Shown: positions 31,001 to 44,763 of the stretch, one piece after another | How positions within the stretch are numbered: the first letter of the stretch is position 1 | How the letters are laid out: each line of letters starts with the position of its first letter | NCBI GenBank assembly: GCA_002633005.1 | Contig: NMRA01000580.1 | Location: 124,001 to 188,000 of the forward strand | DNA length: 64,000 bases | Source: Phoronis australis | Lineage: Eukaryota; Animalia; Phoronida | Reading direction: 5' to 3' | Program-made: the position numbers and the translations under genes | The notes under the pieces: generated by a model | Told to the model about the DNA's origin: nothing | Database searches by the model: none | Seen by the model: only the letters and a program-made list of their open reading frames with translations

Positions 31001-34000
31001 TACAAAAGTGCAAATTTAACACGCTTCAAGCAGCAGCACTCACCTGAAAGGAGAGCTCAGGATGTCCAACCATGCCCCCAAACCAAGACAGACAGGCATT
31101 GACAAAGGCCAGCATAGCCAGGAAGGCAATCAGGTTGACGGCAATGTTGGCGATGAGACCGATGGATGCAGAGGCGCCAGCGCTGGCAGCCTCGAGCAAA
31201 TTGTTGCACTTACTGGAATGGGTGAGAAAGAAAACGTGAACAAGAAGAGTATACAGCCAACAAAAGTATGTTTAGTTTTATGAATGAGGAGAGTATATGA
31301 CCAATAAAATTTGTTTGGTTTTATGAATAGGAATAGTACACTGCCCACAGAAATATGTTTATTTTTATGAATGGGAAGAGTATACAACCAACGAAAGTAT
31401 ATTTAGTTCTAGCCTTCACCTCAAGTCATTTCAAAACTCACTGCCTCACTGCTTGAAAAGCACACCACTTTTACCAAAGTTATCGAACTTTTATAAAAAT
31501 CCAAAAACACATGCTACATGGTTTTTAAACGAAATGACTTGCATAGTTGGCATAATTTACCTTCACTGACTAAAATTAGGATACGACACACGTCGGCCAT
31601 ACTTACACTTCATCCACTACTACATTCTCTTCATTCTTTGTCCTTGACCTTTCCGTCTCAGGGTAGAAAAGTTTGGATGCAGCCAGAGCCATGGGTGCAT
31701 TCATGACAGACGCACACAGCAGGTGTTCAGCAGATACCTGCAGCAGAACAACAAGACGTCTGCGTGATTCAACAGGCAACGAAAAATGAAATATCACTTT
31801 TTCCATGACCTATTTTCCCACAAACAATAAGCCTCAAATAGCATTTTTTGCAAATGATTGTTACGATTGTATTGAGTCGCAATGCAACCAGCAAAATGAA
31901 ATTTTTTACATACCTCATTAAAAGTACGGCTCGCGAGACTAGTGTTAACTGGCAGACTTCAGTAATATCTAACCAATTCAAGACACAGTATGGTAAGTGA
32001 AACTTTATTTTCTGACTTTTTCGTAAGACATGTACCACCAAATGCCTTTCCATGCTCAAGTCTCATTTCCACCAGATAATATTTTGAAAAAATGCGGGCA
32101 TTCACCAAGCCCTTGAAAGGTGTAAGAGCAATATTGGCAATTACGTTTGTTCGGAATTGGTTAGATTTCACCACACTAACAATATTTTGAAGCACTGACA
32201 GATAACCTGAGCCCAGGACTACCAAATGTGCCTTAGATTTGACCCAAAAATTGAACAACCACATCAAGTAAACTTTCACATTACATAAAGAAAGAAGACC
32301 AAAATTTGGTGGACTAGTTTCAGAGATTACGCTGCATTCTCGTCTGAGATGTGGACTAGGGTCTGAAAATTCAAGTAACTATCAATGTAATAACATGACA
32401 TCGGAAATCCACTTCAGTTATTCCTCTAACACTGATATATTTTCAAGATTGTGTGTGCTGAATCAAACATGCATTCCAACCTACCCCAAACAGAATGTAT
32501 GCTGCCAAGACGCCGCCGGCTATGGTTGCATAGCCGCCAGTCATCACGGCATGAAGCTCGGACTTAGTCATCTTCTCCAAAAATGGCCGGATGAGGATCG
32601 GAGCCTCAGTCTGACCAACAAAGATATTGCTCGCACAGCTGAGTGATTCAGTGGCAGCAGTTCCCATGGTAACCTGCATGAGCCAGGCAATCTTGGAGAT
32701 GATGGCTTGCATGGCGCCGAGATGATATAGAGTGGAGATGGCGCAGCTAAAGAACACGATGACAGGAAGTACCTGGAAATGACAAAGAAATGACCTGTCA
32801 CGTAACCATGAAGAACAGACAGAGAGCAGGTACTCGCGCTTACCTGATGCAACTATAAAATTGTAAAACAATTATTTTAATAAAATACGTGGTAGAGATA
32901 AAGGACAGGTACATGTCAAAGACTTGACAAAAGCATTTTCACGAACAAATTTCACCATTAATCAGTGCAGTGCATTCACTGATCAGGACACTTTCATTTC
33001 AAATATTAAATAAATAAATTTTGTAACAAAAGAACACATGATATCTAAAAACAAAAAAAGATAATGTTATCTTCTGGTCAGTGATTGACAGTTCAATTAA
33101 TGTTCGAGGTTCCACTAAAACTCTACCTTAAATGCAAAGAAATGATCTGTGAACTTGTCCCCAAAGACAAACTTGGCTCCATAATCCGAGTACTGCAGAA
33201 ACAAATTGATCTCATTGCCCAAGAATTGAAACGCTTTGTAACCATATGACCACTTGAGAATGAGAATGGCAAACAGAAAGTTGAGTCCGAAGCCCCATAG
33301 GACAGGTCGCCAGTTGACCTGAAATGGAAATGACACAATTGTCGATCAAGCCATGGATATTACATTTTCTGTTTTCATTAACCATACAAATACGTTTCAG
33401 CTAACGCAAAATTCCTACTTTCTTTAGAATCAACCTAAAATCACTTAAAACCCCCAACCATACAGAGTTTGTAAGTATGATTAGTATTCGGTATCGAATC
33501 CGACAGTATCAGTTTAATACCTGTTTTCATACCACATTGCTAGAAACTGTAACATGGTCAAATGTTTGACACTGCAAGGAATTATCACGGTAACTGCAAG
33601 TTTGTGCAGCAAAAAGTTTGCTCAAATATAATCATTAAAAGATATCATTAAAATCTCAAAATAAGGCAAAAGTGCATTGAATAATTCTTTGAGAAATACT
33701 CGAGCTTAAACTAGCCTACCTTTGAAGGATGCTTAGAGAAGATGAAGAGGACGATGAAAAAGAAGATAAGGCCCGCTATGGAGATATACTGTCTTGGCCG
33801 AGCTCCGATAGTCACGCCCAGGAATGCACAGATTGACGCAATCAAACCAACATAAACAAACCTGAGTAGGAAAACATTCAGTAAGACATACGAACCAACC
33901 GATGAGCTAGATAAATACCAAAACTCGTTCTAAACAAGATGTGCCCGCAAACACGTTAAATGTAACATGAGCAACACAGAATGCACCACATGTTTTTCTA

Positions 34001-37000
34001 GGGTTGTTTATTTGTATCATAAAAATGGCCACTAGATGGCATAAAAGACATTAAATCCAACCGAAATCGGACACATGACATTGTGTTTTAATAGAGAGCT
34101 ATTTAACAAATTTCTAAAAAATCTGCGAAGGAATTCCAGCGAAACAAATGAAAATGCAAAACAAACAACAGAAATTGCTGCTGGAGAGCACAGCATTCGT
34201 TGGATTCATCTGAAAGTCATCGCCATCTGTTGTTAACTTCATATAACTGCACTTATGAAATTTAATAAAGATTCTACAGTGAGTTTAGGAGATACAGCTA
34301 TAGACGCAAAACAAAACTGCCACCAGGAGGTGCCACAGTAGTCAAAAGTGTCGTCATCATCTGTTCTCTTCACAGTGAGAACATACGCTAATTTTCGAAT
34401 TCATTCTTAAACTGGTTTGGTTGATAGAGGGGCGGACGTCAAAAAACAGACCCTAAAACAGCAAAAATGGCCACTAGGTGGCACACAACACTTTGAATCC
34501 ATCCAAAAATGGAACGATAGTCATCTCACCAATAGATGCCTATATTCCAAATTTTAAGAAAATCCATTGAGGACCTTCAAAGATACGGAGGTAAACGTAA
34601 AAAACTAAAATTGCCACTAGGGGGAACATCAGTGGCCAGATCCTTCCGAAAGTCGTTGTCATCCATCATAAACTTCATACAAATACACTTGCTAAATTCA
34701 ATGAAGATACTAGAAAGGGTTTAAGAGATACAGCCATGGGCGCACTAGAGACCATCCACTGCGTAGTAAGAAAATACATGCAAATTTTCACAATCATCCT
34801 TAGAGCAGTTTGGTTGATAGAGGGGTGGATGCCAAAAAACACACTTCAAAATCCGTTGAAGATCTTTGAAGATACAGAGGAAAACGAAAGAAACTAACAT
34901 TGCCACTAGGGGGCACACCAGTAATCAGAACCGTCCAAAATATCGATCATGCCGTCCCGCCCATGAAAGGAACACGTGTGAAATTTCATGAACACACGTC
35001 AAAGAGTTTTTGGAGATAGAGCAGCAGATGTCAGACGACGCTGGACGGGCAGACGGCACAATGAGTCCACATGTAAATGTGTGGGCGCTTGAAAAAAGAA
35101 AACAGCAAGATATAAAGACCGCACAAAATCCTGAAATCCGTTTTTCTAAGTGTACAGGAATTTGAACATGCATTCCAAGTGCGATCGCCCCAAACAATGA
35201 AAGTCGAAGGCTGTCAAGCGACCCATGTTAACAATACTTCATATTTCCAAAACAGGAAACAAATTTTCAATCATCTCTGAAGGGGTTGAGTAAAGCACAA
35301 ATCACTTAACCTTCGGGAACATCTCTTTGGTGATTCAAACTTTTCATTGACAAAGGCCAGTACAGTGTAGTTCTTAACATTTGAGTAGTTCAGAGATCTC
35401 TTTATGACGGCGATATTAGAAGCACTATTGACGTGTGGTACTGACACCACAGGGGACTCACCAACGAAGAATGCGCCAATGTTTACTCAGCAAGCTAGCA
35501 ATAGGCTTGAAGCACTTCTCAGAGATTGTGCCACCGAAGCGATCACGGATGAATCCATACGCTGTCCCGGCGACAACTAGCATGGTTATGACAAAAAGGG
35601 CAGTTGCCCGCTGGAAGTCGAGCACCAGAGCCCAAACAAAGTAGACGAGGTATCCAACCAGCAAGAGAGCATAACAGAACTGAAAAAACAAGAGGAAATT
35701 TTAAGACCATGTGTACTCTTGTCAACAATGAACAATGTACTGGAACTGGGTGGGCTTTGGCTGAACCTAAAATCAAAACTAAACAAGTTCAAAGGACATT
35801 GTCATTTTCACAGTAGAAAAAAATGGAATTTTTGTTGAAGGAATGGTTTTTTTAAATTATTAGCTTTGGCCAGAGCTATAAAACCTGTTTTGCTTTTGTT
35901 ATTCTTCACAAATCGTCAGTTTTAACCATCATCTGCTAGACATTTGCTGAAATTAAGGTTGATGGTGACTTAACCCCTTAAATAGCTATTATAGCCAACA
36001 ATGATCCAAACAGAGGTTTCTGCACTAAAATCTCACCAATTTAGGACACAATCAGGCAGGGAAGTGAAACTTCATAAAATAACACAAAAAACTTGGCTTT
36101 ACCAGCTTTAACTCTAACACAACTGTTACCATCAGACACTCCTTTGTGGATATGAACTGTATTCATAATTTGCATTTCATGCTGTGAGATTTGACTTCAG
36201 CATTATCTGATGGTGCATGCCTTGAGAATATTTAAGCTAGTGTCAAAGATTTGGTAATCTCTGTATTTATGCAATGACTTTTGAGGGTCGCTTGCAATCT
36301 TTTCATGACGCCTGATGTCATACTCAAGCCAAAAAGAAAGTTCCAATGGACCCGTGCTGTAAATTCTGGTGTCATCAAGCGACAAGTGATGTATTCTGTC
36401 ATCGGATATTAACGAGCCCACAACCATCTCATAATGCATTTGAAAAATGGCAGCATTGCTGTAGTCGCAATCTGCCAAATTGTCCTCAACATCACTAATT
36501 TTCAGTAATTACTATTCGCAGCGATGTCAATGCCGACAGTTGAATCAATAACAGATTGCTCCGTCTAGTCGTAGTAATGTTATCATAGATGAACAGGTCT
36601 TACCATTTTAATCTTACTCTTGTTCTCGTTGTAAAATTTATCTGAAATAACTTGCAGGTCGTCCAGGCAACCAAGGCATCCTGAAGAATCAGAGTCATCA
36701 CTACTGTCAACAGACTCACTGTCATCGAGACTAGATTTCACACCCTCTGAAACAAAATGACGTGTTCTAAACAAAATGACGTGTTCTAAACAAAATGACG
36801 TGTTCTAAACAAAATGATACGTTCTAAACAAAATGACGTGTTCTAAACAAAAGTTGCACTTGTGATTCAAAATTGTAAAAATGTATGGCACTCATTTTAA
36901 TGTAGCTTCTTGTGATGCCAAGTCAAATATAGTGCGTCCCCAAGTCTCATACATAACAGCTTTGTTTATTCACTAGTATCTTTCAGTAGCCACAAATAGT

Positions 37001-39315
37001 TTACCTAGAAATTGTAGTTAGTGTAAGGATTTTGGTTTTTTCATATCTAGGTAGCATCCCTGAAGCATAGTTGTGATCATGACAACTAAGGCCGCCATTA
37101 AGCAATTTCCGTTAATAACTTTCTTACTGCAGGTAGCTAACTTTGATGTCTATACCTCTACGGTCAGTGAATTTAACAAAGTCAATTTGGAGGTGGAGAC
37201 ATATAGAATTTCTATAAATTATGTAAATCAAGCCAGCACCTAGAAAATTCTACTCATAGCTGTGGTACCACACTACAGGCAAATCCTACTGATGTTTGAA
37301 CCAATATTTCTGTGGTCCATTCAGTAAAATAAGGGTAGAGTTTAGTAATCCTTGGACATAAGCAAGACATCACGAGATTAGGCGACATATTTCCATGTAT
37401 TTTCAATGAAAACACATGATTTTGGCTAGACATTTCTAGTCGCAAGACAGCCACTGAACTCTACCTAGTGTGTTGCATAAGTTGCATAATTTATGCTAAT
37501 AAAGGCCACCATCATGTTTCTGCTCATAACTTCCTCGTGGAGGACTACATGGTGGAGGACTACATGGTAAATTATATCGATACTCGAAACTATGTTTCTT
37601 TGGGCAATTTATACAATGAAATCACTTTAAAGGTTGTTGCATAACCACCAAGTTTAGTGTGGCTCATCATCATCTCGAAAATAATAAGAGCAACATGGAG
37701 CATTGAAATGCGCCCACGAATGCACCACAAACGGTGTGCTTCTAGGGTTGTTTATTTGTATCATAAAAATGGCCTCTAGATGGTGCAAATTAAGTTGAAT
37801 CCATCCGAAAACGGGAACATGCCATCGTTAAAAAGCTATTTACCAAACTTCATAAAAATCTATCGAAGGAAAACGGAAAAAAATGAAGTGTGAAAACTAA
37901 GCGCGCATACGTTGGAAGTTCCAGGTGGCATTTTGCGACTTGATACGAACCGGCAAAACTCTCAGCTCGCATTTCAAAATTTTAGGTTACAAACGTGACT
38001 GCAGCTCATTATGTCAAGACCTGAAAGGTAAACTTGTTATCAACCGTGGTAGAAGAAATTATTTGTACCACTGCTACAAGAAGTTTAAGAAAGCAGTGAG
38101 TTCCAGTAACTGTTGTTTGAACAATGTTGACATATAACTGGAGCTCAAAATAGATTTTGTCAACTTAATTAATGCAATAAATTTGAAATCGCACTTTCAC
38201 GAAATAGCGAGCAACCCAGAGGCAACCAATCACCACAACAAACTAAATTTGTTTTGTAACTCACGGTGTAACTGAATATTGTACGTGTGTCCGTTTGACA
38301 TGGCCTAATTTTGAATCACTGTTACTTTAAACGCCATCCATGAAAACGCATCTATCACTGCATAAAAAATTTTTCTTTAGGATAAGAAAGCAACATCAAA
38401 AAGGTCGCTATTATGAAGATTTTGTTTTTAGGGCATTAACTCCAAGGAGTCAAGACACAAAACATACAGTATTGTGCTCAGAAGACTTTAACTTCGAAAT
38501 AGTATGGTGATGATTTTTTACGAACTCCAAAAGTGACATCAAACCTGGAATAAAGATGGCTCACGGTTGATGCTACAACCGATCCTAACTTTGCGCTTGA
38601 CTTTCCGATAATTTCCCCAGGTTGAAAACACCTGCAATCCTAACATGCCCAGCGTTATTTCCAGATAGTGATCATGGTGAAGTCATGGGGGAGGAGTGAA
38701 CTTTTCTTCATTGTGGCATTTTCTTCAGATTATAAAACCTTCTCATGCACACATTCTGCATGAGACAATGAGTTGAAGTGATACTAACCTGAAGAATTTT
38801 TTATCATCAAGAGGTCTGAAATTTTGGTCATGAAAAGGCGAATTTTTGCATTTTTCAAATGGGCAAGAGGCCAATATTTTCAGATTTGGCCAAGCGCAAT
38901 AAACTCCAGAGCATTTTCCTGAGTCAGTAACGGTTTTGATGTTGTCATGGCGATAATGTCCAGTCCAATCACGGTAAGGAAAATTACAACATCAGTCTCA
39001 CCAACTTGCGACAGTGTAAGCATATACAATAAATTTACACAAATACTGTGGGAATTCTTGCGGATTAAAGGATATTGTCAGTTAGACCTCATACCTACCA
39101 TTGTCCATCATTATTTTAACTTCATCACGAGAGTCATCCAGATGTGAGGTCAATGTGGCCCTCGAGCTGAGGTAGCCATTATTGGAATATTCATCTGATG
39201 TGCTTTCATCTAGCCCACTAGGCGATGGCGAGTACCTGACAAGGGGGATCTGCGACGCTGAGGGTACCAGGGAGGACTCCCCATTTCTAGACTCAAACTT
39301 CTTCTTCACAGACAT
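28086..39315 (-). CDS. SLC28A3: SLC28 family concentrative Na+/nucleoside cotransporter (CNT3-like), 11 coding exons: 39315-39099, 36746-36604, 35679-35462, 33861-33720, 33318-33127, 32772-32485, 31737-31607, 31212-31044, 30423-30247, 28900-28720, 28264-28086 (2037 nt, 678 aa)
   Basis: CNT motifs [109 protein letters not shown]. All ten introns are GT-AG with matching phases. In-frame TGA upstream of ATG 39315; stop TAG at 28088-28086. The paralog-level symbol is approximate (family call is firm). Confidence 0.93.
29796..30227. mobile_element. MITE (PIF/Harbinger-like) in an SLC28 intron
   Basis: TIRs GGTTGCATGAAACAGTCCCAAATAGGGACTCA / TGAGTCCCTATTTGGGACTGTTTCATGCAACC with CAG/CTG outer flanks; ends 20 bp from the 30247 exon donor. 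Superfamily assignment is inferred. Confidence 0.75.
31244..31410. repeat. Diverged ~43-44-bp tandem repeat, ~4 copies, intronic
   Basis: GAAGAGTATACA..CCAA..AAAGTAT.TTT.GTTTTATGAAT recurs four times. Confidence 0.7.
33932..35097 (+). mobile_element. Helentron/HINE-like non-autonomous repeat with internal ~145-bp diverged subunits, intronic
   Basis: Begins AAACAAGATG; recurring CCACTAG-G/A-TGGC motifs (34029, 34321, 34471, 34613, 34903); GACG-type microsatellite-like stretch, then a short hairpin CCACAT..ATGTGTGG and an A-run at the 3' end. A related partial copy lies at ~37684-37870. Confidence 0.55.
36750..36852. repeat. 19-bp tandem repeat (AAACAAAATGACGTGTTCT) x5.4 abutting the SLC28 exon 2 acceptor
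   Basis: Units at 36750, 36769, 36788, 36807 (variant), 36826 and a partial at 36845. Confidence 0.95.
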
Positions 39316-41049
39316 GATTGATCAAGAAATTGTTGATGATCTGAGAACCAAAGATGACTAGATAACTTCTTACAACCTGTCTTCCGGGTGACAGAGCAAC
39401 ACCTGGAAAAACAAGAAACATTTTTTGAAGTGTTGAATTGAAATTTTACCTCTGTAAAAATCAAAACTGTCTTTGCCATAGACTTCAACCAGCAAAGGAA
39501 ATAGAGGGACAGCAGGCTGGTAGGCAAACAAAATTTGGAAGGTTATTCACAAGTTTTTCCTTTGGTGATGGCCCGAATGGCATGCTGTTTAACAGTAATC
39601 GTTTTCTATCGATTGAAACAACAAGTAAGAAAGAAAGAAATGTCTCTAAGGCTAATTAGGGGATCACAAGTGTCTCAACATTGGTTTCACACTCAACACA
39701 GACGGCTAAATCACAACCACAAGTCCATATTCGAGAGTTGACTGTGTTACGGTCTCAAATGGATGGGCATGAGCTGTCTTACAACATCTCACTTTTTATT
39801 GCCCATCTTACCAGAGATTACCTATTATACATTATTTACCTGTATTCATTTTATTGTAAGTGTACTAGTCATAATAAATGACCTTATATCGCCTACCTCG
39901 GTCTCCTTTTCATCTCTGGTAACGAGCTTGCGACGCATGTATCATGCATTTTTAATCTAATTTAATTGATGAATAAAGTCTATATCAGAAATCACATCAT
40001 TGTTACTCTTTCACATTTTTGTAAACAAGCGTTTTTCCAATGTTAATTCCTATTGGCTAACGCGCATCTGACGTCACTGAGGCCGTACGGTGGGTGAAGG
40101 CAATAAGATAAATCAAGCTTATTATGGATATAGCTCATTGGGTGAATGCCTCTCGCTTACAGAACTGTGTTGTATAATTCGTCTGCGATCTCGGTTCTCA
40201 AAAGTTCGTTATACAAGTTTACTGCCGTTTAGTGTTGACTGTTAGTGGAACGATGCCGTTCTTGGCACGGGCCAGGAAAGGGCCCCTACTGCGTAGCCTT
40301 TCCTTGGTGCAAGCTGCGTAAATATACATCTGCCGTTGCACCGACGTGGGTAAAAACTGATCAAATAAAATCTGGCACAAAATTAGTGTCATTAAAAATT
40401 ACACTCTTCCTTGAGTAAACTAAATTATTGACTGATGTTGAAAAAATTGGCGTTCTGACGTTCACTCTGCTGCTAAAATTTGAGTGCGCTCTTTAAGGTC
40501 GGCTTTCGGTGCCTTCCCCTGTTGCCTTATTGGCCAGTTTCATTCCTCGAGTTGTTCTTCTTCCATGCGATCGCACTGTTCTTCACAGTTGTGTACATGT
40601 CACAACAAATTACTAGACCTGATTTCATTTCCTTACAAGTTTTTAGTACTTGAATACCAGGAAACCGAATTTCATAAAAAATTTTGATCCTGCAAAGCTG
40701 TCATCATTTCCCGACAGATGTTGCAAATTTTAGGAAATAGTGTGTGTTGAGTGTACTGTTTTCTTTGTTACAAAACCCTGAAAATTATGAAATAAAATGT
40801 TTACTAGATTGTTTCTCACTTAAATGGCTCCAGTGGGCAAGGTGAGTACCAGTTGACACCCAGATATTTGCCGCTTTAGAGCTCTACATGTTGATATAAG
40901 TGAAATTTCGGAGTCTACCGGAGCTCAACACATAGTGCTACTGATACCTAGTTGTATTTTGAATATAGTCTTCATAAAGCTAGCTGGTTGGCTAGGCCCT
41001 GGGATGAATCAAAGTCACAAGAAAAAAAACGAAAAAGGTTGTGAGTATG

Positions 41050-41207
41050 CAGGGGTAGATCCAGGATTTTGAGTTGGGGGGGGGCAGGTCAGAGTATTAG
41101 CCAGGATTTTACCTGTCAGACATTCGCACCCCCGAACTGCCTAATGGAATCTGGGAAACTTTTAGGGGGGCCATGGCCCCCTTGGCCCCCCTCTAAATCT
41201 GCCACTG
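41050..41207. mobile_element. 158-bp MITE with CAG...CTG ends and 5-bp TSD GTATG
   Basis: CAGGGGTAGAT / ATCTGCCACTG termini; GTATG at 41045-41049 and 41208-41212; homologous to 61100-61245. Confidence 0.75.
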
Positions 41208-42850
41208 GTATGCACATGTTGATCTGTTGACTCGACTATGTACTCGCACATGGCTAATGACCAATATCTCTTTGTGTTGTACAGCCTCAGTTACGTCACA
41301 AATGGGGCTTTAGAGAACTAATAAATGTTTACAATTTGAAGTAAAAAAGAAAAATACTGTGCACTATTTAGGAATGTGTGGATGCCGGTAACCATCCTTT
41401 GTACATTCAAAATTCATATTAAAATGCTTAAACATGTAGTTCAGGCCTCTTTTATTAAGCTCTTTACAACCTACCAATACATAACTAATTTTCAGAATGT
41501 TTGATTCATCAAAAAGAGGAAAAAAGTTCAAAACTGTGACATATTTGAATACACCCCTAGCTTGATGTAAGAAAATGGAATACATGCATACACGCTTGAC
41601 ACGTGGGCCGACAATATGACGAAACCATATTGGATCCGGATTGAACAACGGCATACATAGGCCTACTATAAATACAGTACAATCAAATTCCGATGACATT
41701 TAGCCAGTCCTGGTGTTATAAAGACAGATTATCAGACATTAGCCAAAAATATACCCTGCGTTAGAGCAACTGACAAAATTTAGACTACCTAAACTGAACA
41801 AAGCTACACACATGCACATGGCTGCGCTGAAATAGCGATCGATTACGAGTCATCGGAAGAATGAAAGGTGGTCAAGTACTCGCGCGAAAAAACACAAAAA
41901 CATGAGAGGAAATTAAAACCTCCGACTTTCAAACACTTTCTGTTTACCCTGTATATAACAAAGATCACTTACCAACGATGTCTTAACAAATTGTCCAAAG
42001 CATCATTCCGATAAAAGATGAATTTGAAATTCACAACCGAACGTCTGTACTTGTTTGACCGAATATTCTCACAGCACAAACCAAGGATATTAGCCCTACG
42101 AATGAGTGATGATGATGATGTCATCGTAGCCTTGACCAATCAAGACACGTACTGCAAAGCACACCCCCTCATGACGCATTCCTTGTTTGGGAAACTGGAT
42201 AGGTTGTTTATGTGCTAAAAGTGCACGCCGAATCCCAGTTTGAGTCGTTGCCAACAGTCTTACGTAATATATTTGGGTCAACTCACCGACTTGTGTGAAA
42301 AACAAATTTTGGTTCCGTGAGAATAGAAATGGTGTTGTCTGTTGATAACACTTCTTTTAAGAAAGACCATCACAATACTAATTAAATGCTGCACGTTTTC
42401 CAGCAAGGAACTCCCAGGGCGAAATTGACAGACACATGTTCACCAGCGTTTGATTAAGACAGCCTCGGCAAAAAATTCTAAGAAGTCGACAACTATCCTC
42501 TTAATGCAGTAAAATTCTAATTTAAAACATCCTGCCACACCCCCAATGCCTATCCTGTGAATTGCATCAACTCCGGAACTCCCGTCTTGAACTACATGTA
42601 CCACTTTATCGACATACAAGACAGGACACAGAGCAAGTTCTTGCATCAGTCAACACTGACGGCCGCTTCGTAAGTGCACCGCCAAAATAAAATCTATACT
42701 TCATTTTGTCAGTTCAATGAGCATCGTTGAGGAATATATTTTGATTGATTTAGTTTGAGACAAAATGTTTCACGACATTCATACGTGCAGGCTGAAGAAG
42801 AAATTGTGTGATCACAATCAGTCCTGCGTTGGTAAATAATGAGCGTTCTT

Positions 42851-43103
42851 CATGCGCGCACCCACAGAGGGGGGGGGGGGCTTGAATAAGCCCCCCCTTT
42901 GCTGAAATGGGCGAAAAGGTAAGCCTCAGAGAAACAAAAACTTAGACAAGAGTAGAAAACGAGACTCCACTAAAAAGGTATGAACTACCAAAATTTGGCG
43001 CATGCACAATTCATAGCTCTGAACGTACCCTGTGAATCTTAGTAAAAGGTCCACATTCTCAAAAAGTCCGAGAACCCCAGTTTTTAGGCTGGGTGCGCGC
43101 ATG
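42851..43103. mobile_element. 253-bp MITE, TIR CATGCGCGCACCCA, 5-bp TSD TTCTT
   Basis: Perfect 14-bp TIR; TTCTT at 42846-42850 and 43104-43108. Confidence 0.8.
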
Positions 43104-43688
43104 TTCTTTCACAGGAAAAGGCACAGGTTTGAATACCTGTTGTGACTGTACATGTATGCACCGAACCACAAAGCTCTAGATCAACATATTAAATGACAAA
43201 TTTATGTCAATCTATTTTGCAGCAGCAAAATAGTCTAAAAATGACAGGGTGATCACTGAGTTTCACTTTTCAATGTTAGGACCTACATGTACAATTAACG
43301 GTGAAAAATTCACGAGAGGTCAATGAACTATTTCATATTCAAGTCACAAGTGAATCAACCTGGTAAACAGCACTGTCTGAGGCTGTTGTTTTCCTTGCAT
43401 TTTGTCAACCACAGCTCAAAGCTGCCTCAAAAATCTCTGAGTCTGACATACAGTATATGGAAACTTTGGAAATTCTTGTGCTCCCTGCAAAAATACAAAA
43501 TGACGCCTTCAGCAAGTGTAAATTTGTACTGGTTTATTTGTTTGACAATTACGACTAAGTTTCTACAAATTACAGTTTTCTTCTTGGTTTAAGTTACCAC
43601 ACTCACTCCAGAGTATTATGCCACTGCGCACAGTTGTACAGTGCAGCCAACTTGAGATTTTTCCAAAGAAAATACTAGGAGGGTGTCG

Positions 43689-44640
43689 AGTAATTTTTGT
43701 TTTGTATTATTTCCTTCAAAGTTGCAGAAAAGAATGAACTTGCGGTCTTACAGTGAAGTGTTCTCAGGCCATGTTCAGTGTAAGCTACCTACTCTCGTCA
43801 AAAATCTGTAAAATTTTGGGAGCTAAATTTTCTGAGCAAATTTAAATCTCTATACTATTTTTGTCACATTTTCTTCAGCATTTTCAAATTAAATTTATGT
43901 AGCCAGATGAATTTCCACAAAATTCTTCTGAAAGATACATATCTTCTAAGCAAGTGTTTCCAATGAGCTGAACTTCTGAGTGTTCTGGTCGCTCTCTGAT
44001 CCTGTAATATTTAGAAACTTCGAAAAATTCTGCTCTCTGCAATTTAGCTTGATATTTGAAACAGCAATTTTAATTCCTTGATCATAAATACAACAATGAT
44101 GACTACAGCAAGTATAAATTCATTTTGTTAATAATTCTGTATAGTTTCAATGAATTAGCGATGAAAATGCAAAAGCACATTGTACAGTCCAGTAAAGTTG
44201 ATATTTTCCATGGAAAATATCAGTGAGATGGTCGAACAGTAATTTTTATTTTGTATTATTTTCATCAAAGTTGCAAAAAAAATTGAACTAGCTCTGCTAC
44301 ATTGAACAGTGTCCTAGAGACATGTTCAGTGTTAGCTACACCAGGCATAGATATCAAGCCTGTTATTGTAAACAAGGCAGTTGGCCTCATTAATTCATTC
44401 GCTCACCTGTTTCATTGTTCATAGACTTGATAAGGCAGATGTTTGGCAGTGATGGTAACTGGAGATTATGCCAAGTGCATCCTTCTTGATATACAGGGAA
44501 GTTTTAAGAAAAGTATTACCTTCTCATCAAAAAGGGGCAAAATTTTGGAGCAAAATTTTCCGGCAAAATTTAAATCTATTTTAGGCACATTTTCTTCAGG
44601 GTTTTTGCCTTATATATTATGTAGCCAGATGAATTTCACA
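43689..44640. repeat. Diverged direct duplication (~550-bp offset) with an insertion in the second copy
   Basis: AGTAATTTTT.TTTTGTATTATTT.C.TCAAAGTTGCA at 43689 and 44239; CACATTTTCTTCAG...ATGTAGCCAGATGAATTTC at ~43865 and ~44587. Confidence 0.65.
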
Positions 44641-44763
44641 GACATTTTCCAACTTTTTTGAAAGACTTTTTTCTAATCTTTTGAGTAAGTGCTTTATTAC
44701 TTTGTCCAGTCAAAATAAACCTATGATAACTTTTTATGAGGAATTCAATTTTAGAAGCTCATA

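Noticed and set aside
41973-42100. Possible non-coding first exon of SLC28 (minus-strand GTAAGT donor at 41972)
   Set aside because: A donor motif alone is insufficient without transcript data.
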